64,000 nucleotides of DNA from an uncultured Candidatus Saccharibacteria bacterium (GTDB taxonomy: Bacteria > Patescibacteriota > Minisyncoccia > Phycocordibacterales > UBA9988), in NCBI GenBank assembly GCA_964401135.1, contig CAYNXC010000002.1, positions 16,457-80,456 of the forward strand. The letters run 5' to 3'. Shown piece by piece: positions 12,652 through 21,751 of the stretch (its first letter is position 1; every line of letters starts with the position of its first letter). The notes under the pieces are model-generated. The model made no database searches and was not told the DNA's origin. It worked only from the letters and a program-made list of their open reading frames with translations. Made by a program: the position numbers and the translations under genes.

Positions 12652-13104
12652 TTATCTACCGAGCGTAATCGGGATCTCCATAGCGTCATCGTTCTCTGGC
12701 AAGCCGGAGGCATTACTCTTTTGTAGGATGAGCGAGCCACGGCTGGAGTAGCGTTCCTCTTTTGTGTCAAAGGTGAGTGTGGCGGTGAAGGGGACATAGT
12801 CAGTGGTCATCCAATCACTCTGCGCGGTGGCTACTCCCTGTGCAATGATCCTCCCATCCCAGTCAACAAGCACGACGGGGAAGGTGGCTTCAAAGTACCA
12901 CTGTCCGCGCGCTTCTCCTTTTACCGTGAGTGGACTCGTGATGGAGTCTCCCGCCTTGGGGTAGCTTACGCGAATGAGTTCGCTTTGCATTGGCTCAGAC
13001 ACAGGCACCTCTCCTGTCCTAGAAACATAAAGAAGCCCAATACCTGCGATGAGTATAATCACCGAAATAGGTATGAGAGTGCGTGCGTAAGGGGAGTGGG
13101 ACAT
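12652..13104 (-). CDS. Membrane-anchored Gmad2/Ig-like domain protein (alt TTG start 13155)
   Basis: N-terminal TM, then beta-rich domain resembling germination-associated Gmad2/GerM-like fold; family call is tentative. Confidence 0.4.
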   Translation of the reverse strand: MSHSPYARTLIPISVIILIAGIGLLYVSRTGEVPVSEPMQSELIRVSYPKAGDSITSPLTVKGEARGQWYFEATFPVVLVDWDGRIIAQGVATAQSDWMTTDYVPFTATLTFDTKEERYSSRGSLILQKSNASGLPENDDAMEIPITLGR

Positions 13105-13191
13105 ATTATCTTTTACGCCCCCATTGTAAGCGGGGCTTTTCTCCGTGCTCTCCAATAATACTCATACGGTAAAGGAAGCACAAGTTCAATA

Positions 13192-13262
13192 CTGCCGGGC
13201 AGGGACTCGAACCCCAATACCATGCTCCAGAGGCATGTGTCCTACCATTAGACGACCCGGCA
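13192..13262 (-). tRNA. tRNA-Gln (CUG)
   Basis: Minus-strand cloverleaf TGCCGGG...CATGC-ctCTGga-GCATG...TTCGAGT...CCCGGCA; U1-A72 as in bacterial tRNA-Gln. Confidence 0.8.
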
Positions 13263-13502
13263 ATAGCGTTCATACTCTACCACTTATATGATGCCTTTTC
13301 CATAGCCTTTCACCGCTCGTCTTAGGATAAGAAGAGAGTATAGTGAGTACAGAGCACATTTCTTTGAGATATATTAGACTAGAATAGTACCCAGTTATAC
13401 TCACATATCTTTCTCAAGTAGTACCATTCGCAGAAGTACGCATAAAAGATAATCCATCTGCGCTGGCGCGAGAGGGTACAGTGAACAAGAAAAGAATTAC
13501 TT

Positions 13503-14201
13503 ATGCTATCGCGCACTAGACGAGCAAAAATAGTCTCGCAAGAGTTAAAAAGACTTTTCCCGGGTGAATTAAAAACTCCACTCCACTACCGCACACCTTG
13601 GCAATTGCTAGTCGCGGTTATTCTCTCTGCGCAGTGTACTGACGAGCGAGTGAATGAGGTAACAAAAAAACTTTTTAGGAAGTATAAGAGTATCCACGCC
13701 TTTGCTTTAATTAAGCAAAGCGAGCTGGAGCAGGATATCTATTCAACAGGCTTTTACCGCAACAAGGCACAGAGCATCATCGGTGCAATGCGTGTGCTTG
13801 AGCATCGCTTTCACAGTACCTTACCAAAAACAATCCCAGAGATGCTCGTCATCCCCGGTGTAGGGAGGAAGACGGCCAGTGTGGTGCTTGGGCATATCTA
13901 CGGAGTGGTTGATGGAATTGCGGTAGATACGCATGTGCGTCGACTCGCGCGGAAGTTTGGGTTATCAGAGGAGTATGATCCTGGGAAGATAGAACGGGAC
14001 CTTATGGTACTGATCCCTAAAAAAGAGTGGTGGGATGTCGCCTGTCGACTCAAAGCATATGGGCGCATCTATAGTCCTGCTCGGCAAGGAGATGATGACC
14101 CTATATCTATCTGCCTTCAGCGAGGCAAGAAAAAGCCCCAACGCGCGAGTGCGGTTGGGGCTACAGAAAAAAGATCAAACAAAGATACTAGGCTACATTA
14201 A
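13503..14201 (+). CDS. nth: Endonuclease III-like HhH-GPD DNA glycosylase lacking the C-terminal 4Cys Fe-S loop
   Basis: LVAVILSAQCTDERVN, HhH-GPD (IPGVGRKTASVVL...VDTHVRRLARKFGL); C-terminus has only 2 Cys plus a basic tail. Confidence 0.75.
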   Translation: MLSRTRRAKIVSQELKRLFPGELKTPLHYRTPWQLLVAVILSAQCTDERVNEVTKKLFRKYKSIHAFALIKQSELEQDIYSTGFYRNKAQSIIGAMRVLEHRFHSTLPKTIPEMLVIPGVGRKTASVVLGHIYGVVDGIAVDTHVRRLARKFGLSEEYDPGKIERDLMVLIPKKEWWDVACRLKAYGRIYSPARQGDDDPISICLQRGKKKPQRASAVGATEKRSNKDTRLH

Positions 14202-16661
14202 CTAATAGACGATCAGCTTTCTTCCGTACATATGCGGGAAGAAGTAGACACTGGGCCATGTGGCTCCGATTTCACCGGGACTCTTACGAGCCCCTCCGAA
14301 GGTGAAGATCCCACCCCACTTATCCAGTGTGTAAAAACCTTGAGGGCAGGATGGCGAGAAATCAAACTCTGTGAAGATTGATTCAGCATCAATCCCGTAG
14401 AGTCCCTCGTCTCCCTCATCTTGAGGTGTGGATGGGTCGTCAAACCCGTTCACGACATAAGGCATGCCGACGATGGTAATGAGCGACCCTGGATGAGCTG
14501 GATCGTCATTCCTGGTGAAGTAGACAGGGTTAGTGACCTTGTCTACGGGTACAGGATGTATTCCCCCCCATCCATCAAAGATAACGAGTCCTCTTTGACT
14601 TGGATGGAGCTCAATATCGCGAGCAATATCAAGTCCGGGAAAGAATGGCCACACATACGATTCTCCATCTAGGAGCTTGAGCGGATCGTCATTGGGACGA
14701 TCCGAGTATGTTCCTGGGAGCACTTCGGTGCCGTTCGCGTCAAGAAGGAATCTGCCCCCCTGACTATCTAGGATAATATACCCCTCGGCTGAATCATCCT
14801 TGTTGGGATTGATGACTGCAAAGGCGACAGCCCGGATGGATGCTCCTCCTGGATTTGGAAACCCAGCATGGCGCATCTGACCGAAAGGGATGTCGTAGCC
14901 GATAGGGAGCTGGTCGGTGTGCGGCACCAAGGCTCCTTGCCCTGGCACCTTCGCCGTCCCAGCTCGGTAGATACCACCAAAGTCGGTAAGTACCCAGAAG
15001 CCGTCTCCGCTCGGCGCGACTGTGAGATCTACTGCGCGCCCCATAGAGAATTGACCTCCCACTTGAAAGAAGAAGTCTTGCGTCGGTGTACTCACCGGAT
15101 TATTGATGAAAGTGGCAACGCCACTCCCATCAATGATTGCAAGATCTTCATCCTCTCGCACTCGTTCAGCATCAATTGCAACTCCCTGAGAGGACGCATA
15201 GCCCCCATTCATCACTGGCGGATTACCCGCCTTGTGTAGACTACCGAAGTTGTCTAGTACATAGAAGCCTCGGTCGCAGAAACTTTGGGTTTCTGTAGGG
15301 GTTGCAGACGGCGTGTTGGTTGGCGGGATAGTTGTACTTGTTGGCGTAGCAGTCGGTACAGAAGTCTTTGTCTGTGTTGCGGTCGGAGTCGGGGAGTGAG
15401 TATGTGTTGGTGTATTTTCCGGGCAACATCCTTTAGCGAGAAAACGACTGGCACGATTGTCCGATTCATTTTCTTCATCAATGAGATTGTCCGGGTCTAC
15501 TTCAACAGTAGCTCCATAACCACCGCTGCATACGGGATGGAATGGATCGTTTTTGATGACCCATACCTTCTCTGTATTTGGAGCGATCTCTCCATCCACG
15601 ACATCTTCGTAGTCTTTACCAAACAAATTGGCGAAGACACGAATATCTTCTACCGCCACAGACCCAGTGTTCATAATGTGAACGCGCAGAGCGTACACTG
15701 TCCAGTCTGCAATACATCCTCCTTCGGGAAATGCTTCCAGATCACTAGAGAGCAGTTCAAACCATGCCGAGAGGTTAGATTTTCCTGCTTGTGTCCCTGT
15801 TGCAGTTGCCGTCGCTGTGCTCGTAGGAGTAAATGTCTTCGTCGTTGTCGGTACAGAAGTCTTTGTCTGTGTTGCGGTCGGTACCCCAGTCTCTGTCTTG
15901 GTCGGTGTTGAAGTCTTTGTTGAAGTTGCCGTCCTCGTGTTGGTCTCTGTCTTTGTTGTAGTGACCGTCTTAGATGCCGTAGGCGTCCTCGTATTGGTCA
16001 CAGTCGGAACTCCTGTGTAGGTCTTGGTCTTACTCGCCGTCTTGGTAGGCGACGATGTAGGCCACAATGTGGCCGTCTTTGTTACCGTCGGCTCCCTCGT
16101 CTCTGTTTGTGTGGATGTGAGGGTTGCCTCCGCTTCTGATGCTGTTTTGGTAGCTGTACTCGTAGGAGTTTGCGTACTGGTGTGTGAGGCCGTGGGGGTG
16201 GGAGTTCTCGTTGCTGTATCACTCGCCACACTTGTTGGAGTGCTGGAAGGCGCCGCGCCTGGGCAATCACACGGGAAGTATGAGAGCCCGTTCTTGGCAT
16301 TATCCGCTCCCTCTGACACTTCCACCACACTATTATCCACATCAACAATGATACGGATGCCGTAGCGTTGGCATGGTGCATCTGTTGGGAGCACCCGATC
16401 AACCTCTAGGGTCTTTGTTTCCCCTGGAGCGAGCGAAGCTATCTCAAAGAATGTTTCTTCACCGTACATGGTGATGAGAACCCGGAAGTCTCTAGCTTCA
16501 GCGTCTCCGACATTTTTGATGACTCCGCTACCGTGATACGATTGTCCCCTCACGAGGCACCCAGTAGCGAAGTGATTCGCTACTGTAACCTGCAAGTCGG
16601 GGAGTGCGTATGCGGCAGAAGTCACACACAATACAACAAGCATCTCAACTATTTTCTTCAT
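14202..16661 (-). CDS. Large secreted surface protein: signal peptide, two CARDB-like domains, Thr/Pro-rich linkers, six-fold (F/Y)xxLDxxGG repeat (propeller-like) region
   Basis: MKKIVEMLVVLCVTSAAYA signal; repeats FYVLDNFGSLH, FWVLTDFGGIY, YIILDSQGGRF, LVIFDGWGGIH, FYTLDKWGGIF; TPTxT low complexity. Confidence 0.7.
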   Translation of the reverse strand: MKKIVEMLVVLCVTSAAYALPDLQVTVANHFATGCLVRGQSYHGSGVIKNVGDAEARDFRVLITMYGEETFFEIASLAPGETKTLEVDRVLPTDAPCQRYGIRIIVDVDNSVVEVSEGADNAKNGLSYFPCDCPGAAPSSTPTSVASDTATRTPTPTASHTSTQTPTSTATKTASEAEATLTSTQTETREPTVTKTATLWPTSSPTKTASKTKTYTGVPTVTNTRTPTASKTVTTTKTETNTRTATSTKTSTPTKTETGVPTATQTKTSVPTTTKTFTPTSTATATATGTQAGKSNLSAWFELLSSDLEAFPEGGCIADWTVYALRVHIMNTGSVAVEDIRVFANLFGKDYEDVVDGEIAPNTEKVWVIKNDPFHPVCSGGYGATVEVDPDNLIDEENESDNRASRFLAKGCCPENTPTHTHSPTPTATQTKTSVPTATPTSTTIPPTNTPSATPTETQSFCDRGFYVLDNFGSLHKAGNPPVMNGGYASSQGVAIDAERVREDEDLAIIDGSGVATFINNPVSTPTQDFFFQVGGQFSMGRAVDLTVAPSGDGFWVLTDFGGIYRAGTAKVPGQGALVPHTDQLPIGYDIPFGQMRHAGFPNPGGASIRAVAFAVINPNKDDSAEGYIILDSQGGRFLLDANGTEVLPGTYSDRPNDDPLKLLDGESYVWPFFPGLDIARDIELHPSQRGLVIFDGWGGIHPVPVDKVTNPVYFTRNDDPAHPGSLITIVGMPYVVNGFDDPSTPQDEGDEGLYGIDAESIFTEFDFSPSCPQGFYTLDKWGGIFTFGGARKSPGEIGATWPSVYFFPHMYGRKLIVY
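15352..15386. repeat. 35-bp perfect intragenic direct repeat, copy 1 (copy 2 at 15847..15881)
   Basis: GTCGGTACAGAAGTCTTTGTCTGTGTTGCGGTCGG occurs twice ~495 bp apart inside the T/P-rich linker coding region (encodes PTATQTKTSVPT twice). Confidence 0.6.
15847..15881. repeat. 35-bp perfect intragenic direct repeat, copy 2
   Basis: Same 35-mer as 15352..15386. Confidence 0.6.
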
Positions 16662-16808
16662 TTTACCATCCTCCTCTTTCGTCTCCGTCGGTTTTTATTT
16701 GTAGTTGCCTAGCAACTCTGTGTCAAAGACCTGTCTATGCCGCTCTTGCAGCATCCTCCTATTATAGCATAAGCAAATTAGTTTGGCAAGTGGTTAGCCA
16801 GCAGAGAA

Positions 16809-16837
16809 TTGACATCATATTGGAAATATGCTATAGT
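16809..16837 (+). promoter_or_regulatory. Sigma70-like promoter TTGACA-17-TATAGT for the divergent + strand surface protein gene
   Basis: ttgacatcatattggaaatatgctatagt in the 16662..16900 divergent intergenic region. Confidence 0.45.
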
Positions 16838-16919
16838 TGGAAAACCCTGAAAAGGATTGACATTTTGGGGATTTACTAGTAGGGTCGTCGTGTTAGACAT
16901 GATAAAGCTAAAAATTACT

Positions 16920-18158
16920 ATGTATAAGCAAATATTCGCAAGTTCTCTTGTCGCTATCGCGCTCATCGCGCTTAGTGCAGCTCTCATACCAGCTTCACCA
17001 GTTCATGTTGCGCTTGCTGAAGAGGGGTTTTGTGGTGATCAGGTCGTTAATCAGTCATCGGAGGAGTGTGACGGCGGTGCTGGATGTACCAGTGGCTGTG
17101 TCTATGCCTTCTGCGGTGACGGAGTAGTGAATCAGGCGGCAGAGCAATGCGATGGTACTTCTGGAGTAACATCTGGTTTTAAATGCACCAGCGGCTGTAT
17201 TCTTACACCCGTGTCTGAAGCTCCATTTTGTGGAGATGGTATCGTGAACCAGCCTGACGAGAAATGTGACGGCGGTGCAAACTGTACCAGTGGCTGTCTT
17301 CTCAAAGAGGAAGGTGGTAATGGTGGTGGCGGTGGTGGGGGAGGTGGAGGTGGAGGTTCAAGTGGCGGCTCCTCATATCCTCGTCTCTCTGTTGCACAGA
17401 ACGGCGCTGTTCCCCAGGTTCGCGCTAATTCCAATACCGTCGGTTCTCTCTCTATCCGTAACTACGGCAGAGTGACTGCTCAGAATGTTGAGATATCCAT
17501 TGCTTCTCTCCCTGTAGGATTCTCTTACAACGGAAAAACTGCGGTTATCTCCACTTCTACTGTGTGGGTCATTACTAGCAATGATTTTACTAGCTCCACA
17601 GGGAGTGGATGGTTGTATCCTCGCCTCTGGCGCATCGGCAACCGACCGAATGGCGATATAGCGATCATGAACATTCCTCTTACTGTTGGTCCGAGCGTAA
17701 AGCCGGGGACCTACGAGATTAGAGTGAATGCTCACATCAGTAACGCAATGGTGATCGACAGAAATGTTCCTGCAACATTTAAGATTACTGTCGTTGCTGG
17801 GGCAACCCCTGTGGTAAAAGTTCCTGCTAAGACAGTCGTGAAGGCTCCCGCTAAGAAGCAGGTCGCGGCAGTTACCAAGCCCGCTGTGAAGCCTAAGGCG
17901 ACTTCAACCATCTGTATCCCGACAGACGAGTATGCTGCACTTATGGCGGCATCAACAACTAGTGTTGTCACCGAGCCTACGAATGCACTTGCCGCCCTCG
18001 GTCTTCTCTTTGACCTTGGGACGGGGAGTCCGTGCTTCGGCCTCCTCGTGCTCCTTCTGATTATTCTCGCGGTAATTATTGCCATCCGGCTCATCTTCCA
18101 CTATATGGATGCTGGGACTGATGGAGCTCCGCACAATCAGATGCCACTCATCAAGTAA
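16920..18158 (+). CDS. Secreted/membrane-anchored protein with 3 Myxococcus-type Cys-rich repeats (FCGDGxVNQxxExCDGGxxCTSGC), poly-Gly linker, CARDB-like domain, C-terminal TM anchor (track ORF from TTG 16857)
   Basis: Signal peptide MYKQIFASSLVAIALIALSAALIPASPVHVALA; three CGDG..C repeats; GGNGGGGGGGGGGGGSSGGSS; C-terminal LLVLLLIILAVIIAIRLIF. Confidence 0.65.
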   Translation: MYKQIFASSLVAIALIALSAALIPASPVHVALAEEGFCGDQVVNQSSEECDGGAGCTSGCVYAFCGDGVVNQAAEQCDGTSGVTSGFKCTSGCILTPVSEAPFCGDGIVNQPDEKCDGGANCTSGCLLKEEGGNGGGGGGGGGGGGSSGGSSYPRLSVAQNGAVPQVRANSNTVGSLSIRNYGRVTAQNVEISIASLPVGFSYNGKTAVISTSTVWVITSNDFTSSTGSGWLYPRLWRIGNRPNGDIAIMNIPLTVGPSVKPGTYEIRVNAHISNAMVIDRNVPATFKITVVAGATPVVKVPAKTVVKAPAKKQVAAVTKPAVKPKATSTICIPTDEYAALMAASTTSVVTEPTNALAALGLLFDLGTGSPCFGLLVLLLIILAVIIAIRLIFHYMDAGTDGAPHNQMPLIK

Positions 18159-18169
18159 AGTAACTCCAA

Positions 18170-18202
18170 CAAACATAAAGACCCGCTTCAAGAGCGGGCT
18201 TT
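18170..18202. terminator. Bidirectional hairpin terminator between convergent genes
   Basis: aaagacccgcttcaagagcgggcttttat. Confidence 0.4.
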
Positions 18203-18215
18203 TATGTTGCGCGGC

Positions 18216-18665
18216 TTAAAACAGCGACTCTACAATTTTTTTAACTTCTGTCCCATCCGCATTTCCACCGAGCTCTTTCATGACCGCGCCAACGAGGATC
18301 CCGACTTTACCCGTGTCACTCATCCCCAGTTCCGCCTTTTTCGCTTCTGCAATGCGGCGGATATCATCCTCTCCCGCATTCTTGGGGAGTAAGGGTTCAA
18401 TATAAGTAAGCTCCTTTTCCTCTTGTGCTACCAGGTCGGCACGGCCACCTGCCGAGAATTGCGCAATGGAATCTTTATGTTGCTTGACTGCCCGTCTAAT
18501 GACGCGTAGTGCCAGCTCATCTGGCACGGGACTGTCGGGCGCTTTTTTTTCCGCAACCAGCTCGTTGGTGAAGGCGGCAAGGAGTGACCTCAAGGTATTG
18601 ACCTTAGTTGTATCCTTCTGTCTCATTGCCTCCTTCATATCATTTTTGACGCTTTCTTGTATCAT
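18216..18665 (-). CDS. GatB/YqeY domain protein
   Basis: 149 aa; typical YqeY-like composition (LRSLLAAF...AKKAELG...KELGG). Confidence 0.7.
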   Translation of the reverse strand: MIQESVKNDMKEAMRQKDTTKVNTLRSLLAAFTNELVAEKKAPDSPVPDELALRVIRRAVKQHKDSIAQFSAGGRADLVAQEEKELTYIEPLLPKNAGEDDIRRIAEAKKAELGMSDTGKVGILVGAVMKELGGNADGTEVKKIVESLF

Positions 18666-18686
18666 AGGTAATCATTCTAGCATCCT

Positions 18687-21656
18687 ATGCGTACACAGAA
18701 AAGCACCTTCTCTAAACTTTACACGGCGCTCAATTCACGCCAGCGCGAGGCCGTGGACGCGATAGAGGGTCCAGTAATTGTGATAGCGGGGCCTGGGACG
18801 GGGAAGACGCAGGTATTGACGCTGCGCATTGCAAATATATTGAAAGAGACCGATGTGGGGCCGGAGGCAATCCTTGCTCTTACCTTTACCCAGTCAGCGG
18901 TTGCCACGATGCGTGCTCGTCTTGCCGAGATTGTAGGGAGCGCCGCCTACCGTGTACACATGTACACCTTCCACGGCTTTGCCAACTCCATCATTAAGCG
19001 TTACCCCGAGTACTTCCCGCGGATTATCGGATCGCGTACCGCAGATCGCATAGACTCGCTCCGTATTGTGGAGCAGGCGGTACTCACTCGCAGGCTTAAG
19101 GCAATTAAACCTTTCGGTAACCCGCTCTACTATGTGAGCTCCATTGTCCGAGCCATTGAAACATTAAAACGAGAAAATATCTCTCCTTCCGTATTTGCCG
19201 CACTTCTGCGTGCGGAGGAGCGAACACTTAAGCAAGGTGTGCCAAAAGGAATCCGCGCATCAGCGTGGGCTTCTCGTCTCAAACGCCATGAACGGAATCG
19301 CGAACTCATACTGGTGTACCGTGCCTACGAGGAGACGCTCAAGCGCGAACGACTCTACGATTACGGTGATATGATCATGGAAGTGGTGCGCGTACTCTCT
19401 GAAGAGAAGGATCTCCTCCTCTCTCTACAAGAAGAGTACATCTATATTCTTGCTGACGAGCACCAAGACGCAAATCAAGCGCAAAATAAAATATTGGAAT
19501 TACTCGGTAGCTTTCACGAGAATCCAAATCTCTTTATCGTGGGAGATGAGAAGCAGGCAATCTACCAATTCCAGGGTGCCTCGCTGGACAACTTTCTCTA
19601 CTTTACCAAACGCTTCCCAACAGCAAAGATTATTGAGCTCTCTGATAATTACCGCTCTACGCAAACCATCCTTGATGCGGCGCACTCACTTGCTAATGCC
19701 GCACCGCCGGACAGCCGCTTAAGTACAGCGCGACTTACCGCAAAGAAGATGAAGGGGGAGGATCCTATCTCCCTTCTCTCTATCCCGCGGGGTGATGAGG
19801 AGCCTAAGTACATTGCTGGAAAGATCAAGGCACTCATCACTCATGGCGTCCCAGCAGAAGAGATTGCGGTGCTCTACCGAGATAACGGTGATATGGCGCC
19901 TTTTGCATCAGCACTTGCCACAGAGGGAATAGAGACGCTAATCAGTTCAGACACAGATGTACTGGACGACCCTGCACTCAAGGAGCTCCTCATCCTTTTG
20001 TATGGCGCAGAGTATATGGATGAAGATAAGCGCCTTGCAGAACTCCTCTGCCTCCCGCTCACACAGGTGCCTGCGCATATACGCTATGCACTCTACGCGT
20101 ATGCGGCTGACGCAAAGATGCCTCTCTACCGAGTTCTTGCCCACGCGGATCAGGTAACTACTCTGCGTGAAGAGGAGGTGAAAGAGGCGCTACATTTTTC
20201 TCGGAAATTGTCACAGATGAATGCCATCGCACACACCTATGCGCTCCCTGCAAGTGTGGATTGGCTTATTAATAAGAGCGGTTACCGAGAAGCAGTCCTT
20301 ACCTCCACGACTGACGCAAGCGCGACATTGGAAAGACTTTCTAGCTTCTTTGCGGAACTGAAGCACTATGCAGAGCGCTACCCTAACCACAAACTAAAAG
20401 AATTTCTTGAGTATATCACCGCGATACAGAATCACGGTCTCTCTATACCCGAGCGCACGGTAGGGAAGCGCGGTGTCCGTCTCATGACGATGCACCGATC
20501 AAAAGGGCTTGAGTTTGATGTCGTGTTTATTGTCCGAGCCTTCCACGGACATGTGGGTGGGCGCGCCTCGCGTGAGCGTTTTGACTTACCGTTGCGTGGG
20601 AGTGCCTTAGGAGAGAGGATAGGAGTAGACGACGAGCGGAGACTCTTTTATGTGGCACTTACGCGGGCGCGTAAGCAAGCACTCCTCTCCTACAGCAGTA
20701 GTGCAGAGGATGGAACCGCACTTTTGCCAACCCAGTTTGTCTCGGAGTTGGATCAGCTTTACCTAGCTTCTTCTCAAGTTATATTAAAAAAAGAAAAAAA
20801 TAAGACCTTGGCTCCTCTCTCATACACTATACGGCCGGCTCATACTGTGCCGGATAGGGAATACCTACGGACACTCTTTTTGGAACGAGGATTCTCGGTC
20901 ACACATCTCAATAATTACCGGAGCTGTCCGTGGAAATACTTTTTTGTGAATCTCTTACGCATCCCAGAGGCAAAGAGTAAACACCTTATTTACGGGAGTG
21001 CAATCCATGCCGCGCTCAAAGAGCTGTACGGTAGTGTGGGGAGGGGAGGAAAGATCTCTCTCACTCGCGTCGTCCATGTGTTTGAAGAGCTTGTAGCACA
21101 AGCCCCTATCTTGCCCATAGAGCGTGAGGAACTCCTCGCTAAAGGGCGTGCGGCGCTCCGCGGTTATGTACAGACTCATCAAGGCGCGCTACCGAAAGAG
21201 GTGCGCACTGAGTACGCAGTACGAGGGATACCTTTCCCTATTGATGGAAAAGATGTAGTGCGTTTAAACGGTGTGCTGGACAGGATCACACTGCTACCGG
21301 ATGGGACGGTACTGGTGAGCGATTACAAGACTGGACACTATAAAACACATAATGAACTCCTTGGTAAAACAAAAAATGCGGACGGGAACTACTGGCGTCA
21401 ATTAGTGTTTTATAAACTACTCTTGGATACGCAAGGCGTCTTTACAATGAAAGATGGGGAGATTGTCTTTGTGGAGCCGGATGAAAAGGGCCGCTATCGT
21501 AGTGAGCGTTTTACCATTACACTGGAGGATGTGGAGATACTGAAAACAGAATTAACGACAGTACTCAATGATATTGCTACGCTCGCATTCTGGGATCGTA
21601 GTTGCTCCGACCCTGACTGTGAGTACTGCACACTCGCGCAGTTGATGAAAAAATAA
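18687..21656 (+). CDS. UvrD/PcrA-like SF1 helicase fused to C-terminal PD-(D/E)xK (RecB/AddA-type) nuclease domain with terminal Cys cluster
   Basis: Walker A AGPGTGKT, helicase motifs, C-terminal DRITLLPDGTVLVSDYKTG... and CSDPDCEYC. Confidence 0.8.
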   Translation: MRTQKSTFSKLYTALNSRQREAVDAIEGPVIVIAGPGTGKTQVLTLRIANILKETDVGPEAILALTFTQSAVATMRARLAEIVGSAAYRVHMYTFHGFANSIIKRYPEYFPRIIGSRTADRIDSLRIVEQAVLTRRLKAIKPFGNPLYYVSSIVRAIETLKRENISPSVFAALLRAEERTLKQGVPKGIRASAWASRLKRHERNRELILVYRAYEETLKRERLYDYGDMIMEVVRVLSEEKDLLLSLQEEYIYILADEHQDANQAQNKILELLGSFHENPNLFIVGDEKQAIYQFQGASLDNFLYFTKRFPTAKIIELSDNYRSTQTILDAAHSLANAAPPDSRLSTARLTAKKMKGEDPISLLSIPRGDEEPKYIAGKIKALITHGVPAEEIAVLYRDNGDMAPFASALATEGIETLISSDTDVLDDPALKELLILLYGAEYMDEDKRLAELLCLPLTQVPAHIRYALYAYAADAKMPLYRVLAHADQVTTLREEEVKEALHFSRKLSQMNAIAHTYALPASVDWLINKSGYREAVLTSTTDASATLERLSSFFAELKHYAERYPNHKLKEFLEYITAIQNHGLSIPERTVGKRGVRLMTMHRSKGLEFDVVFIVRAFHGHVGGRASRERFDLPLRGSALGERIGVDDERRLFYVALTRARKQALLSYSSSAEDGTALLPTQFVSELDQLYLASSQVILKKEKNKTLAPLSYTIRPAHTVPDREYLRTLFLERGFSVTHLNNYRSCPWKYFFVNLLRIPEAKSKHLIYGSAIHAALKELYGSVGRGGKISLTRVVHVFEELVAQAPILPIEREELLAKGRAALRGYVQTHQGALPKEVRTEYAVRGIPFPIDGKDVVRLNGVLDRITLLPDGTVLVSDYKTGHYKTHNELLGKTKNADGNYWRQLVFYKLLLDTQGVFTMKDGEIVFVEPDEKGRYRSERFTITLEDVEILKTELTTVLNDIATLAFWDRSCSDPDCEYCTLAQLMKK

Positions 21657-21669
21657 ATTATTTATCGTC

Positions 21670-21751
21670 AGAATACTGTTCATTTTTCTCGCGCTTTACC
21701 CACTTCTGTGGGCTCCGACGCGCCTCAAAAAATGAACAGTATTCTTTTTTT
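21670..21751. terminator. Long inverted repeat (18-bp arms, ~40-nt loop with inner hairpin) plus T-run; bidirectional terminator
   Basis: AGAATACTGTTCATTTTT ... AAAAATGAACAGTATTCT followed by TTTTTTT between convergent helicase and MFS genes. Confidence 0.5.

Noticed and set aside
15285-16402. Several long ORFs in the track (e.g. 15285..15911, 15817..16020 Val-rich, 16024..16365, 16082..16402) on the + strand opposite the big surface protein gene
   Set aside because: They are mirror-strand or alternate-frame artefacts of the Thr/Pro-rich repetitive linker coding region (ACN/CCN repeats read antisense as Val/Gly-rich). No independent start or RBS context.
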